Shown here piece after piece: positions 9,047 to 18,900 of a stretch of 64,000 nt of DNA. The DNA comes from an uncultured virus (IMG/VR IMGVR_UViG_3300037962_000140). Its lineage: Duplodnaviria; Heunggongvirae; Uroviricota; Caudoviricetes. The stretch spans positions 1 through 64,000 of IMG/VR virus record IMGVR_UViG_3300037962_000140; one strand, given 5' to 3'. Each line of letters opens with the position of its first letter. Within the stretch, counting starts at the first letter, position 1. Both the position numbers and the translations under genes were made by a program. The notes beneath the pieces are model-generated. The model searched no databases and was not told the origin of the DNA. It saw only the letters and a program-made list of their open reading frames with translations.

Positions 9047-11497
9047 ATGGCTGTAGATAAGTCAATGACAGGAAACCCTCTAGGCTACCTAGATCAGGAG
9101 CAAGATGCCTTGGAGATAGAGATCGAGAACCCTGAGTCGGTATCTATTGAGACCGAAGATGGAGGGGTAATCCTTGACTTTGATCCAGATGCTTCCACGC
9201 TCTATGAGCTTGGCAGGCTTCCCCATGATGCAAATCTGGCAGAGGTTATTGACGATAACGAACTACACTCAATTGCCTCAGAGCTAATTGGGTTATTTCA
9301 GTCAGACAAGGAAAGCAGATCGGATTGGGAAAGATCCTATGTGGATGGCCTAGATTTGCTTGGTTTAAAGCATGAAGACAGGACAACCCCTTGGGATGGC
9401 GCTTGTGGCGTATTTCACCCCCTTCTTTCTGAGTCGGTAATTAAGTTTCAGTCTCAGGCGATACAGGAGATATTCCCAGCGGGAGGCCCTGTAAAAACAT
9501 CAATAGTCGGCAAGATGACCGATGAAAAGGAAAAGCAGGCTCTTAGGGTTCAGGACTACCTAAACTATCTGTTAACAGAACAGATGACTGAGTATCGATC
9601 AGAGACAGAGAAAATGTTGTTTTCTTTGCCTTTGGCGGGTAGCGCCTTTAGAAAAGTTTACTACGATCCCAACATGGAAAGACCGTGTAGTATGTTTGTG
9701 CCCTCAGAAGACTTTGTAGTGAGCTATGGGGCCTCTGATCTTAGTACCTGTGAAAGATCCACCCACATCATGAAACGCAGCCCTAACGATGTCAGGAAGC
9801 TTCAGGTGTCGGGTTTTTACAAAGACATAGAAATACAGACAGCTTCACCTGATATTGATCGGGTAGAAGAAAAATACAATACCCTAACTGGCGACAACAC
9901 CAGCTATGAATACGACTCAAGGCACACGATCCTTGAGATGCACGTTAATTTGGATCTTGTTGGCTTTGAAGATTCAGACAAAGGTGAGCCTACAGGCATT
10001 CAATTGCCTTATGTAGTCTCTATTGATCAAGGTTCTCGTGAGATTTTATCGATTAGACGCAACTGGTACGAGGGTGATCCCTTAAAAGCGAAGAGAGAAC
10101 ACTTCGTTCACTACCAGTATATCCCTGGATTAGGGTTTTATGGGTTTGGCTTGATCCACATGATAGGTGGTCTGGCCAAATCAGCGACCTCATTGCTTCG
10201 TCAGTTGGTTGATGCAGGCACATTATCCAATTTACCTGGTGGATTAAAGGCCAGAGGGCTAAGAATCAAGGGCGATGACACCCCGATTATGCCTGGGGAG
10301 TTCAGAGATGTAGACGTTCCCAGTGGTGCAATCAGGGATAACATCAGTTTTCTTCCATACAAAGAGCCAAGCAATGTTTTATATCAGTTGTTAGGCGATA
10401 TTGTAGAAGAAGGACGCAGATTTGCCTCTGCTGCTGACGTAAAAGCGGCAGATATGAACGCTGAAGCGCCAGTTGGCACGACTTTGGCGATACTAGAACG
10501 CTCTATGAAGGTAATGAGCGCCATTCAGGCCCGTTTACACGCCTCTATGAGGATAGAATTACGCCTTTTAAGTCACTGTGTAAGGGACTTTGGGCCAAAA
10601 CAGTACCCATATCTGGAAGATAAAGACCCAATCGTCTCTGAAGACTTTGATGATCGCGTAGATATCATCCCAGTTAGCGATCCTAACGCTGGAACCATGT
10701 CTCAGCGCATTATGCAGTACCAAGCGGCCCTTCAATTGGCTGCACAGGCTCCAGAAATGTACGATATGCCGCTATTACACCGTCAAATGCTGGATGTTTT
10801 GGGCATTCAGGACGCAGATCAGATAGTACCCACCGAAAAAGACATGAAGCCTACCGATCCTGTTAGTGAAAACATGGATATCATCAACGGTAAGCCAGTT
10901 AAGGCGTTTATCTATCAAGATCACGAGGCCCACATACAAACTCACATGGCATTAACCAAAGATCCCCAAGTTATGGAGATTATGGGCAAGAGTCCCAACG
11001 CACAAAAGGCAATAGCAGAGATGGCCGCACACGTTCAAGAGCATTTGGCGTTCCAGTACAGGCTTGAGATTGAAAAAGAGCTTGGCGTTGAGCTTCCGAC
11101 CCCAGAAGAAAGCCTTCCTGAGGATATTGAGTTCAGAATATCAAGACTTGTTGCCCCAGCGGCGGCACAGTTGTCTGGCAAGTCTCAGAAAGAACAGCAA
11201 ATGAAGCAGGCAGAGGAGCAGTTAAAAGATCCTGTTATTCAAATGCAGATGCAAGAGCTTAAGATCAAAGAGCAGGACGTTCAAAGAAAAGCCCAAGCTG
11301 ATATGGCTAAAATACAGCTAGATATGCAGAAGCTTGAACAGGATGGAAGGATAAAAACTGCGGAAATTGGTGCAAAAATAGCTGAAACCAATAGCAAAGA
11401 AGAGCTAGAATCCGCAAAGATTGCCTCAGAAGAACAGATTGAAGGCGTTAAGCTTGGCATTGAAATAGCCAAACAGACGATGGGAGATGACAAATAA
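9047..11497 (+). CDS. portal protein
   Basis: 816 aa, P22-like portal features (GSAFRKVYYD, PGLGFYGFG, C-terminal coiled coil); follows TerL. Confidence 0.9.
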   Translation: MAVDKSMTGNPLGYLDQEQDALEIEIENPESVSIETEDGGVILDFDPDASTLYELGRLPHDANLAEVIDDNELHSIASELIGLFQSDKESRSDWERSYVDGLDLLGLKHEDRTTPWDGACGVFHPLLSESVIKFQSQAIQEIFPAGGPVKTSIVGKMTDEKEKQALRVQDYLNYLLTEQMTEYRSETEKMLFSLPLAGSAFRKVYYDPNMERPCSMFVPSEDFVVSYGASDLSTCERSTHIMKRSPNDVRKLQVSGFYKDIEIQTASPDIDRVEEKYNTLTGDNTSYEYDSRHTILEMHVNLDLVGFEDSDKGEPTGIQLPYVVSIDQGSREILSIRRNWYEGDPLKAKREHFVHYQYIPGLGFYGFGLIHMIGGLAKSATSLLRQLVDAGTLSNLPGGLKARGLRIKGDDTPIMPGEFRDVDVPSGAIRDNISFLPYKEPSNVLYQLLGDIVEEGRRFASAADVKAADMNAEAPVGTTLAILERSMKVMSAIQARLHASMRIELRLLSHCVRDFGPKQYPYLEDKDPIVSEDFDDRVDIIPVSDPNAGTMSQRIMQYQAALQLAAQAPEMYDMPLLHRQMLDVLGIQDADQIVPTEKDMKPTDPVSENMDIINGKPVKAFIYQDHEAHIQTHMALTKDPQVMEIMGKSPNAQKAIAEMAAHVQEHLAFQYRLEIEKELGVELPTPEESLPEDIEFRISRLVAPAAAQLSGKSQKEQQMKQAEEQLKDPVIQMQMQELKIKEQDVQRKAQADMAKIQLDMQKLEQDGRIKTAEIGAKIAETNSKEELESAKIASEEQIEGVKLGIEIAKQTMGDDK

Positions 11498-11688
11498 AAG
11501 AACTGGACATATTTGATTATTTACGATCAAATATTAAAGAGCAGATAGAGAGTGTAGCCGATCACCTAAGTGCAGGCTCATGCAAGGACTTTGCAGACTA
11601 CTCTAAATGCTGCGGAATCATACAGGGCTTACGCGAAGCTGAGCGTGAAATCCTGGATGCAAAGGCCCGTTACGAGCAGGCCCAATAA
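11494..11688 (+). CDS. 64 aa hypothetical protein with apparent ATA start
   Basis: open frame IKELDIFDYLRSNIKEQ...YEQAQ*; GGAG 7 nt upstream; ATAA overlap with the portal stop. Confidence 0.55.
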   Translation: MKELDIFDYLRSNIKEQIESVADHLSAGSCKDFADYSKCCGIIQGLREAEREILDAKARYEQAQ

Positions 11689-11783
11689 CGACTCTAGGCG
11701 TTTTCCTAGTGCAGCGACTTCAGACGCTAATCTGATGCAACGACTTTGGGCGTTTACCCNNNNNNNNNNGTTTACCCAATGCA
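11688..11783 (+). repeat. tandem array of 26-nt covarying hairpin units upstream of groES
   Basis: RCGACT-stem5-CGYTWW-stem5-TGCA x3, stems CTAGG/CCTAG, TCAGA/TCTGA, TTGGG/CCCAA. Confidence 0.8.
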
Positions 11784-11793
11784 AGGAGAAGGT

Positions 11794-12174
11794 ATGAGCA
11801 AGGTTGCTCAAATAGAAACCGAGTCAGATAAGACTCGAACTGCCAATCAACTCCCAGATCCGACAGGATATAAAATATTGATTGCATTGCCAGAGCCTGA
11901 TAAGGAATTTGAAGGCGGCATCCTGAAGGCAAATAAAACATTACAGGATGAAGAGATAGGATCAATAATAGGTATGGTTCTCAAGGTAGGGCCTGACTGT
12001 TATAAAGATCCTCAACGATTCCCTAGTGGGCCTTACTGCAAGGAAGGAGATTGGATCATCATGAGATCTTACTCTGGAACAAGGTTCAAGGTTCATAATC
12101 AAGAGTTTCGGTTTATCAATGATGATAGCGTTGAAGCTGTTGTAGAAGACCCAAGGGGGATTGTAAAAGCATGA
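11794..12174 (+). CDS. groES: GroES-like co-chaperonin
   Basis: PTGYKILI, GGIL, VLKVGPDCY, CKEGDWI, YSGTRF, INDDSVEAVV; AAGGAG RBS before ATG 11794. Confidence 0.88.
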   Translation: MSKVAQIETESDKTRTANQLPDPTGYKILIALPEPDKEFEGGILKANKTLQDEEIGSIIGMVLKVGPDCYKDPQRFPSGPYCKEGDWIIMRSYSGTRFKVHNQEFRFINDDSVEAVVEDPRGIVKA

Positions 12175-13214
12175 GTGAAAATCAATTAATTGCAGAAACC
12201 GAGCAAGTTGAAGATCCTTCTAGCGCCGAAGATAAATTTTTTGGCGTTAAAACGACCTTTGAAAAAAAGCAAAAAACAAACCCAGAACCTGAGTCATCAG
12301 AGTATGAGTTTGAAATTGTTGATGATAGACCGAAAGAGGACAGAAGACCTCCAAGGACTAATGAGCCTACAGATTTATCTGATGAAGAGCTTAGCCAGTA
12401 TGACGGCAATGTTCAGAAAAGATTAAAAGGTTTAAAGTACGATTTTCACGAAGAACGTCGAAGAAAAGAAGAAGCCCAAAGAACTCGTGATGAGGCGATA
12501 AAAATTGCCCAGCAATTATCAAGCAGAGTTCAGGAACAGGAATCTTTAATATCTAGAGGCGAAAGTGCTTTAGTTGAGCAAATAAAACAAAGAGCAACAG
12601 CTTTTCTTGAAAAATCAAAAAATGATTACAGAAAAGCTTATGAGGAAGGCGACACTGATGGCGTTGTTGAAACTCAAAGTCAAATGCTCAAAGCTCAAAC
12701 TGAGTTAAATGATATTCATAAATATGAAAACAATTTAACCAGAAATCAGAACCTACAGCAACAGCCCTATCAACAGGATGTTGCATTGCAGGCCGCTCAA
12801 AATGCTGCCTCTCAGGAACCCCAGATTCAGCTAACTCCAGAAGCTAAAGAGTGGGGTGATAAAAATACATGGTTTATGGCTCCAGACCAAAAGGTTATGA
12901 CTGCAACCGCCTATGGGTTTCACGAAGAAGCTATAGATCTTGGGATCGGTGTAAATACAAAAGAATATTTTGATTACATAGATCAAGGGATGAGGAAAAC
13001 TCATCCAGATTTTGGTTGGTCGGATAAAGGCGACACAGATGGCGGTGACGCAACCGTGACGACCAATCAGCCTTCGACGGTGGTGGCACCTTCCGCAAGG
13101 AACAATGGTGCTAAACCGCGCAAAGTACGGATGACCGCCACTCAGGTAGCACTCGCTAAGCGACTTGGGTTAACAAATGAACAGTATGCCAGACACGCTG
13201 AAATGATAAAATGA
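12171..13214 (+). CDS. putative capsid scaffolding protein
   Basis: acidic coiled coil with C-terminal AKRLGLTNEQYA helix; position before the capsid genes. Confidence 0.65.
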   Translation: MSENQLIAETEQVEDPSSAEDKFFGVKTTFEKKQKTNPEPESSEYEFEIVDDRPKEDRRPPRTNEPTDLSDEELSQYDGNVQKRLKGLKYDFHEERRRKEEAQRTRDEAIKIAQQLSSRVQEQESLISRGESALVEQIKQRATAFLEKSKNDYRKAYEEGDTDGVVETQSQMLKAQTELNDIHKYENNLTRNQNLQQQPYQQDVALQAAQNAASQEPQIQLTPEAKEWGDKNTWFMAPDQKVMTATAYGFHEEAIDLGIGVNTKEYFDYIDQGMRKTHPDFGWSDKGDTDGGDATVTTNQPSTVVAPSARNNGAKPRKVRMTATQVALAKRLGLTNEQYARHAEMIK

Positions 13215-13224
13215 GGAGTCAATA

Positions 13225-13680
13225 ATGGCAGAAGAGCGCACCCCTAGAGAAAACGAAACGCGAGAAAACGATTCTTATCGTCCATCTGATGATTGGGTTC
13301 CGGCATCTATTTTGCCTAGTCCAACTCCCCAACCTGGTTGGGTGTTTAGGTGGGTAAGAACAGATGTTCTTGGACAGTCAGATAATACAAATGTATCCAG
13401 ATCTTTTAGAGAAGGATGGCAACCTTGTAAAATTGACGACCATCCTGAGTTACAGATTATGTCTGATATAGGCTCAAGGTTTGAGGGTAATGTACATTTT
13501 GGTGGTTTGCTTTTGTGTAAAGCTCCTGAGGAGAAAATGCAAGCAAGAACCAAACACTATCAAGAAGTAGCAAACACTCAAATGGAATCTGTTGATAATA
13601 ATTACTTGCGTGAAAACGACCCTCGTATGCCTATGATGAAACCTGAAAGGAATACGAGAACAACTTTTGGTAGAAGTTAA
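13225..13680 (+). CDS. head-region protein
   Basis: 151 aa, GAGGAG RBS. Confidence 0.75.
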   Translation: MAEERTPRENETRENDSYRPSDDWVPASILPSPTPQPGWVFRWVRTDVLGQSDNTNVSRSFREGWQPCKIDDHPELQIMSDIGSRFEGNVHFGGLLLCKAPEEKMQARTKHYQEVANTQMESVDNNYLRENDPRMPMMKPERNTRTTFGRS

Positions 13681-13723
13681 CCCTTTGTTGCTGGGTTGCT
13701 TCTATAATTAAAGGAGGTCATTT

Positions 13724-14311
13724 ATGGCTACCAGCGCAACCCCAATGGGTGCTGAACCGACTGATACTCTTAGTGCGAGTGGCTCTTTCACAGGAAAAGT
13801 CAGGCACATGAAGATTGCAAGCGGTTACGGCACAGCTATTTTTTATGGCGATTTTGTTAAACTAGTTGCTGCCGGAACGGTAGAAAAATCTGCAATCACA
13901 ACGGCTGTCGTCGCAGGCACAGTTGGAATTTTTGTAGGATGTTCTTACACCGATCCAAGCACCAACCAGCTTACCTTTAACCAGCAATTCCCTGCTTCTA
14001 CAGCGGCATCTGATATTATGGCATATGTTGTTGATGATCCTGATCTTGTTTTCAGGATGCAAGGAGATGGATCTATTGCCCAGACAGGACTTGGAAACAA
14101 TGTTTCATTAGTCAGTACGGCTGGCTCGACCTCGATAGGTCGAAGCAAGAACGCAGTAGATGCTTCAACAATTGCTACCACCAACAGCTTACCAATGCGT
14201 ATTGTTGAGTTTGTAGAAGGCCCATCCAGCACGGTTGGTGATACTTATACAGACGTTTTAGTGACATATTTGCCACTAAGCCATGCATACGAAACCGCAC
14301 TAGGCGTATAA
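13724..14311 (+). CDS. putative capsid decoration/minor capsid protein
   Basis: 195 aa beta-rich ORF immediately before the MCP. Confidence 0.65.
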   Translation: MATSATPMGAEPTDTLSASGSFTGKVRHMKIASGYGTAIFYGDFVKLVAAGTVEKSAITTAVVAGTVGIFVGCSYTDPSTNQLTFNQQFPASTAASDIMAYVVDDPDLVFRMQGDGSIAQTGLGNNVSLVSTAGSTSIGRSKNAVDASTIATTNSLPMRIVEFVEGPSSTVGDTYTDVLVTYLPLSHAYETALGV

Positions 14312-14324
14312 AGGAGATTAAAGA

Positions 14325-15263
14325 ATGGCTATTTCTAGAGCGCAAATGCTTAAAGAACTCCTGCCTGGGCTTAATGCCTTGTTTGGTTTGGAGTATGAAA
14401 AATACGAAGACGAGCATGATCTCATTTATGAGACCGAAAGCTCCGAGCGTAGCTTTGAAGAGGAAGTAAAGTTGAGTGGCTTTGGTGCTGCTCCTGTAAA
14501 AAACGAAGGTTCTGCAATCTCTTATGATTCAGCGCAAGAGTCTTTTACTGCACGATACAACCACGAAACTATTGCTATGGGATTCTCAATCACGGAAGAA
14601 GCGATGGAAGATAATTTGTATGACTCACTGTCTGCACGTTATACCAAGGCTCTTGCCCGTGCTATGGCGTATACCAAGCAAGTTAAGGCGGTTAATCCTC
14701 TTAACAACGGTTTCACTAATTCATTTCAGTCTGGTGATGGGGTTAACCTGTTTACCGCTTCTGGTGATGGTGTTACTGGTGGTGACGGTCACCCGCTAGT
14801 TAATGGCGGCAAAAATAGTAACCGTCCTTCTACAGCGGCAGACCTGAACGAAACATCTTTAGAGAATGCAATTATTGATATTGCTGCATTTACTGATGAG
14901 CGTGGTTTGTTGATCGCTGCTAGACCTCGACGCTTAATTGTTCCTCCCGCTTTAATGTTTACAGCAGATCGTCTGCTTGAAACAGCGCAGCGTGTGGGCA
15001 CAGCAGACAATGATCTTAACGCAATACGCAATATGGGAGCGATCCCTGAGGGTTATGCTGTTAATCACTATCTGACTGACAGCAATGCGTTTTTCATCAT
15101 TACTGATGTTCCTAACGGTATGAAGCACTTCAACCGTACACCATTGGAAACATCAATGGATGGAGACTTTGATACTGGTAACGTGAGATACAAATCAAGG
15201 GAGCGATACTCTTTTGGAGTAAGTGACCCACTTGGAATTTACGGATCACCAGGATCTAGCTAA
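14325..15263 (+). CDS. major capsid protein
   Basis: MAISRAQMLKELLPGLNALFGLEY N-terminus, LIVPPAL, RERYSFG; followed by a terminator. Confidence 0.9.
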   Translation: MAISRAQMLKELLPGLNALFGLEYEKYEDEHDLIYETESSERSFEEEVKLSGFGAAPVKNEGSAISYDSAQESFTARYNHETIAMGFSITEEAMEDNLYDSLSARYTKALARAMAYTKQVKAVNPLNNGFTNSFQSGDGVNLFTASGDGVTGGDGHPLVNGGKNSNRPSTAADLNETSLENAIIDIAAFTDERGLLIAARPRRLIVPPALMFTADRLLETAQRVGTADNDLNAIRNMGAIPEGYAVNHYLTDSNAFFIITDVPNGMKHFNRTPLETSMDGDFDTGNVRYKSRERYSFGVSDPLGIYGSPGSS

Positions 15264-15270
15264 CGGATTT

Positions 15271-15298
15271 GGGGGCGCTTTGCGCCCCCTTTTCTTTT
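15271..15298 (+). terminator. rho-independent terminator
   Basis: GGGGGCGC TTT GCGCCCCC followed by TTTTCTTTT. Confidence 0.9.
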
Positions 15299-15353
15299 CC
15301 TGACTAATTGTTTCACATGGAACATTAGACACTAGCCAAGACAGGAGACATAC

Positions 15354-15863
15354 ATGGCTAATACTACTTTCACAGGTGCTGTGCGATCTGAAAGCACCTT
15401 TAAAACTGTAAGCAAGAATTCAACTACTGGCGCTATTACTGAGGTTACTACTGTTGGTGACGGCCCTGTCAGCCTTTCTGACGGAGATGTAACGCTTACC
15501 AATGCAACTCATAGCGGCAGAATCTTACTTGTCCCAGATGGTAGTCAAGATAACACCTACACTTTACCAGCGCCTATTGCTGGATCTGTATTTAGGTTTA
15601 TTTATGCTGGCGCAGCCGCTGATGCTACTGATGCAATTATTGTTACTCCCGGCAATAGCAATTTTTATATTGGCGGTGTGACCTTATTGGATACAGATGG
15701 TGACTCAATCAGTAGTGTTTTTTCTAATGGAAGCTCAAACAGCAGTATTCAATTAAATGTTCCTGCGGGATTTGATGTGACTATAGTTGGTTTAAATACT
15801 ACCAATTATCAAATCTTTGGAAATGTTACGAGTACCACTGCTCCTGCATTTGCTGATCAATAA
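15354..15863 (+). CDS. virion structural protein
   Basis: 169 aa Thr/Ser/Gly-rich, AGGAG RBS. Confidence 0.7.
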   Translation: MANTTFTGAVRSESTFKTVSKNSTTGAITEVTTVGDGPVSLSDGDVTLTNATHSGRILLVPDGSQDNTYTLPAPIAGSVFRFIYAGAAADATDAIIVTPGNSNFYIGGVTLLDTDGDSISSVFSNGSSNSSIQLNVPAGFDVTIVGLNTTNYQIFGNVTSTTAPAFADQ

Positions 15864-15875
15864 TAGGAGTCAATT

Positions 15876-16280
15876 ATGGCTGATGCGGTAGCGACTCAAA
15901 CGATACAGGATGGCGCTAAGACCGCCATCTTTCGTTTTACAAATGTAAGTGATGGAACTGGCGAGTCTGCTGTTACCAAGATAGATGTATCTTCTTTGTC
16001 TAATGATCCAATGACAGACAAAGCTTGCTCATCTGTTGTTATTGAAAAGATTTATTACCAAACCATTGGGATGGGGGTAAAGATATTTTTTGATGCATCA
16101 ACAGATGTCTTGGCATGGCAGTTGGCTGCGGATTGGTCAGATACATTAGACTTTTCAGATTTTGGCATACCAGATACAAAAGCCTCTGGAACAACAGGTG
16201 ATATTCAATTTACAACTGTTGGCCATTCTAGCGGTGATGTATATGTAATCGTTATGCAAGTGAGGAAACGATATGGCTAA
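15876..16280 (+). CDS. virion structural protein
   Basis: 134 aa beta-rich, AGGAG RBS. Confidence 0.7.
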   Translation: MADAVATQTIQDGAKTAIFRFTNVSDGTGESAVTKIDVSSLSNDPMTDKACSSVVIEKIYYQTIGMGVKIFFDASTDVLAWQLAADWSDTLDFSDFGIPDTKASGTTGDIQFTTVGHSSGDVYVIVMQVRKRYG

Positions 16281-16557
16281 ACTTGAAATGTTTGTTAATG
16301 GTAACTTTGCTGATGGCGAAGAGGTTTACCAGATCGGAACGAAAAACAAAGACGGCAGCGGCCAAACCGCTGACGGTCAATATGATATTGTTGTTTTTGA
16401 TCCAATGCGTAAACCTGAAGCAAAAGCTAAGCTAAAGGAGCTTTTAAAAAGTGCTGACAAGCCTGCAAAGAAAGAAGCGGAAAAGAAGGCGACTAAGAAA
16501 GATCCAGAGACTAAATCGGCTCCGAAAAAAAGAAAGAGTCCATCAAAGTCAAAGTAA
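16273..16557 (+). CDS. hypothetical protein with Lys-rich tail
   Basis: overlaps both neighbours. Confidence 0.6.
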   Translation: MAKLEMFVNGNFADGEEVYQIGTKNKDGSGQTADGQYDIVVFDPMRKPEAKAKLKELLKSADKPAKKEAEKKATKKDPETKSAPKKRKSPSKSK

Positions 16558-16655
16558 TGGCAATAGCTCGTCCTCAGACAGGTAAGCAAGTAAAAAACTC
16601 TCCATCTAAAAAGAAACGATCAAAAGTTTCTAATACAAAGAAAAGGAAAAGGTAA
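16557..16655 (+). CDS. 32 aa basic peptide (MAIARPQTGKQV...KKRKR)
   Basis: TAATG coupling; fills the gap exactly; below the ORF-track cutoff. Confidence 0.55.
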   Translation: MAIARPQTGKQVKNSPSKKKRSKVSNTKKRKR

Positions 16656-16656
16656 T

Positions 16657-16941
16657 ATGCCAGATAAAATACTCTCGGCAATAAGTCCCGCCTATGGGAT
16701 AGCAACTGGGACAGGGCCTTATAGAAATCTATTAGGTGTTGTTGGCAGAGGTATATATGATCGTGCCGCCTCTAAACGTGAAGATAAAAAAAGAAAAGAA
16801 GAAAAAAAACAGGAGCTTGATGCTTTAAAAAAAGAAGTAGAGGCTGGCGCTTATAAACCTCAAGCAATGATGAGAGGAGGCAGGGTAAAACCTGTTGATG
16901 GTTGCGCTATTAGAGGCAAAACAAAGCCCCCAGTATTTTAA
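16657..16941 (+). CDS. hypothetical protein with MMRGGRV motif
   Basis: 94 aa ORF in the late operon. Confidence 0.6.
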   Translation: MPDKILSAISPAYGIATGTGPYRNLLGVVGRGIYDRAASKREDKKRKEEKKQELDALKKEVEAGAYKPQAMMRGGRVKPVDGCAIRGKTKPPVF

Positions 16942-17634
16942 ATGGCTACCAGCGGAACATTTGCTTTTAATCTGGATATTGGAGAGGCGATAGAAGAAGC
17001 CTTTGAAAATATTGGGATGGAGCTTAGAACTGGTTATGATTACAAAACTGCCAGAAGAAGTATTGATCTTTTAATGCTTGAATGGCAAAACCGTGGTCTT
17101 AACTTGTGGACAGTTAAATTTGGAACTCAAGCATTAACTGCCGGAACAAGTTCTTATACTTTAGATGGCAAGATATTTGACATTGTTGAAGCATTTATAA
17201 GAACAGACTCTGGTGATGTAGATAATCAGTTTGATCAGAATTTAACCAGAATATCTATTAGTCAGTATTCTCATTTATCCAACAAGCTTAGCAAATCAAA
17301 ACCTCTTCAGTATTTTGTTGAAAGAACTCCAACAGGTATTGTTGTCAATCTATGGCCTTCCCCAGACGATCAAAAAACATATACCTTAGGGTATTACTAC
17401 ATGGAAAGAATTGAAGATTCAGGAAAGCCTGCAAGCAACAATATGGATATCCCATCAAGATATCTTCCTTGTTTGATTTCTGGTCTTTCTTACAGGCTTT
17501 CTTTGAAATATCCGCCTGCAAATGATCGATCTGCAATACTAAAAACAGAATACGAGTCTCAATGGGAACTAGCTTCTAGCGGGGGAAGAGACAAGGCTTC
17601 TTTATTTATAGCTCCAGGAGGTTATAGATTTTGA
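16942..17634 (+). CDS. putative head-tail adaptor / tail tubular protein
   Basis: 230 aa, EWQNRGLNLW, LWPSPD; position. Confidence 0.65.
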   Translation: MATSGTFAFNLDIGEAIEEAFENIGMELRTGYDYKTARRSIDLLMLEWQNRGLNLWTVKFGTQALTAGTSSYTLDGKIFDIVEAFIRTDSGDVDNQFDQNLTRISISQYSHLSNKLSKSKPLQYFVERTPTGIVVNLWPSPDDQKTYTLGYYYMERIEDSGKPASNNMDIPSRYLPCLISGLSYRLSLKYPPANDRSAILKTEYESQWELASSGGRDKASLFIAPGGYRF

Positions 17635-17972
17635 GTTATGCTGCCGGAAAATATGCATTTGGGTACTGCGATCTAACTGGATTTAGATATCCAATCAAAG
17701 ATCTTGTGCCTCAAATAAAAAATGGCAGACCAACTGGTTTGAGGGTAGGTAAGGATGTTGTAAGTCCAGATCAACCTCAATTGCAACTTGGTAGATTAAG
17801 ACTCGATGATCCTCAGGCGTTGAGGAATCCAAGACCAGATCAGAGCTTAGAGGAAAGCAGAAAGTTTTTTGCATTTGATCCTGTTGGTGGAGGAGTTACT
17901 TCTTTGGGCAGTAGGACAGTGGGTCTAAATATAGAGGCAAAAGTTGGACAAGTTACGGTGACTACAAGCTAA
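17631..17972 (+). CDS. hypothetical protein
   Basis: AFGYCDLTGFRY, DPQALRNPRPD; coupled to neighbours. Confidence 0.7.
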   Translation: MSYAAGKYAFGYCDLTGFRYPIKDLVPQIKNGRPTGLRVGKDVVSPDQPQLQLGRLRLDDPQALRNPRPDQSLEESRKFFAFDPVGGGVTSLGSRTVGLNIEAKVGQVTVTTS

Positions 17973-18613
17973 TGGCGTGGACATATACAACATTAAAGAA
18001 TGCGATTCAGGATTATCTTGAAACAACAGAAACTACGTTTGTTAACAATTTGCCAGTTATTATTAAACAGGCAGAAGATAGAATTCTTAAAAGCATTCAG
18101 TTACCTGACTTTAGAAAAAACGTAACTGGATCCACAACAGATGGAACTCCATATCTTACTATGCCCTCTGATTTTTTAGCCCCTTACTCTCTTGCTGTAG
18201 ATAATAGTGGTTATGAATTTTTAATATTTAAAGAAGTTAGTTTTATTAGGGAGTCGTATCCTGTAGCAACAACGGAAGGCATTCCTAAATATTACGCAAT
18301 TTTTGACGAAAACACTTTTATATTAGGGCCAACTCCTAATGCTAATTTAACAGCAGAGCTTCATTATTTTTATAAACCAGAATCTATTACGGCATCTAGC
18401 GATGGAACTAGTTGGCTGGGCACTAACTCTGAAAGCACATTGCTTTATGGATCTCTTGTTGAAGCGTATACATTTCTTAAAGGTGACGCTGATATGTTGA
18501 ATTTATATACAGCAAGATATGAAGATGCTTTAGGTAAATTAAAAGCTTTGGGTGAAGGATATGATACAACCGATAGTTATAGATCGGGAAGCGTCAGACA
18601 GGCGAGGCGTTAA
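17972..18613 (+). CDS. putative adaptor/connector protein
   Basis: 213 aa, GIPKYYA, LGPTP, LLYGSLVEA. Confidence 0.65.
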   Translation: MAWTYTTLKNAIQDYLETTETTFVNNLPVIIKQAEDRILKSIQLPDFRKNVTGSTTDGTPYLTMPSDFLAPYSLAVDNSGYEFLIFKEVSFIRESYPVATTEGIPKYYAIFDENTFILGPTPNANLTAELHYFYKPESITASSDGTSWLGTNSESTLLYGSLVEAYTFLKGDADMLNLYTARYEDALGKLKALGEGYDTTDSYRSGSVRQARR

Positions 18614-18900
18614 TGATCGAAGTTAGTACTAGTGGTGTTGGGAGCGTTAATGTTGTTACCACTAACAATGCAGGGTTACCCGTTGAGCATTGGGCAGAAA
18701 GAGCAACAAATACTATTGTTTCTGTTGGAGGCAATAGTCACCCGATAATACAAGAACAAGCAGAAGCTTTTAAAGAGCAAGTATTTCATGCTGTTAAGTA
18801 CTACATGGATGAAGCTGTAAAAAGCGATAGAACAACTTTAATTGCTCAACTTGAGTTAAACGGTCATAAAGACATGGCTGACATTCTAAGGAGACTATAA
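18613..18900 (+). CDS. hypothetical protein
   Basis: TAATG-coupled ORF. Confidence 0.65.
   Translation: MIEVSTSGVGSVNVVTTNNAGLPVEHWAERATNTIVSVGGNSHPIIQEQAEAFKEQVFHAVKYYMDEAVKSDRTTLIAQLELNGHKDMADILRRL

Noticed and set aside
11688..11783. Mini-CRISPR reading of the repeat array
   Set aside because: The variable parts are self-complementary 5-bp stems within 26-nt units, not spacers, and no cas genes are present
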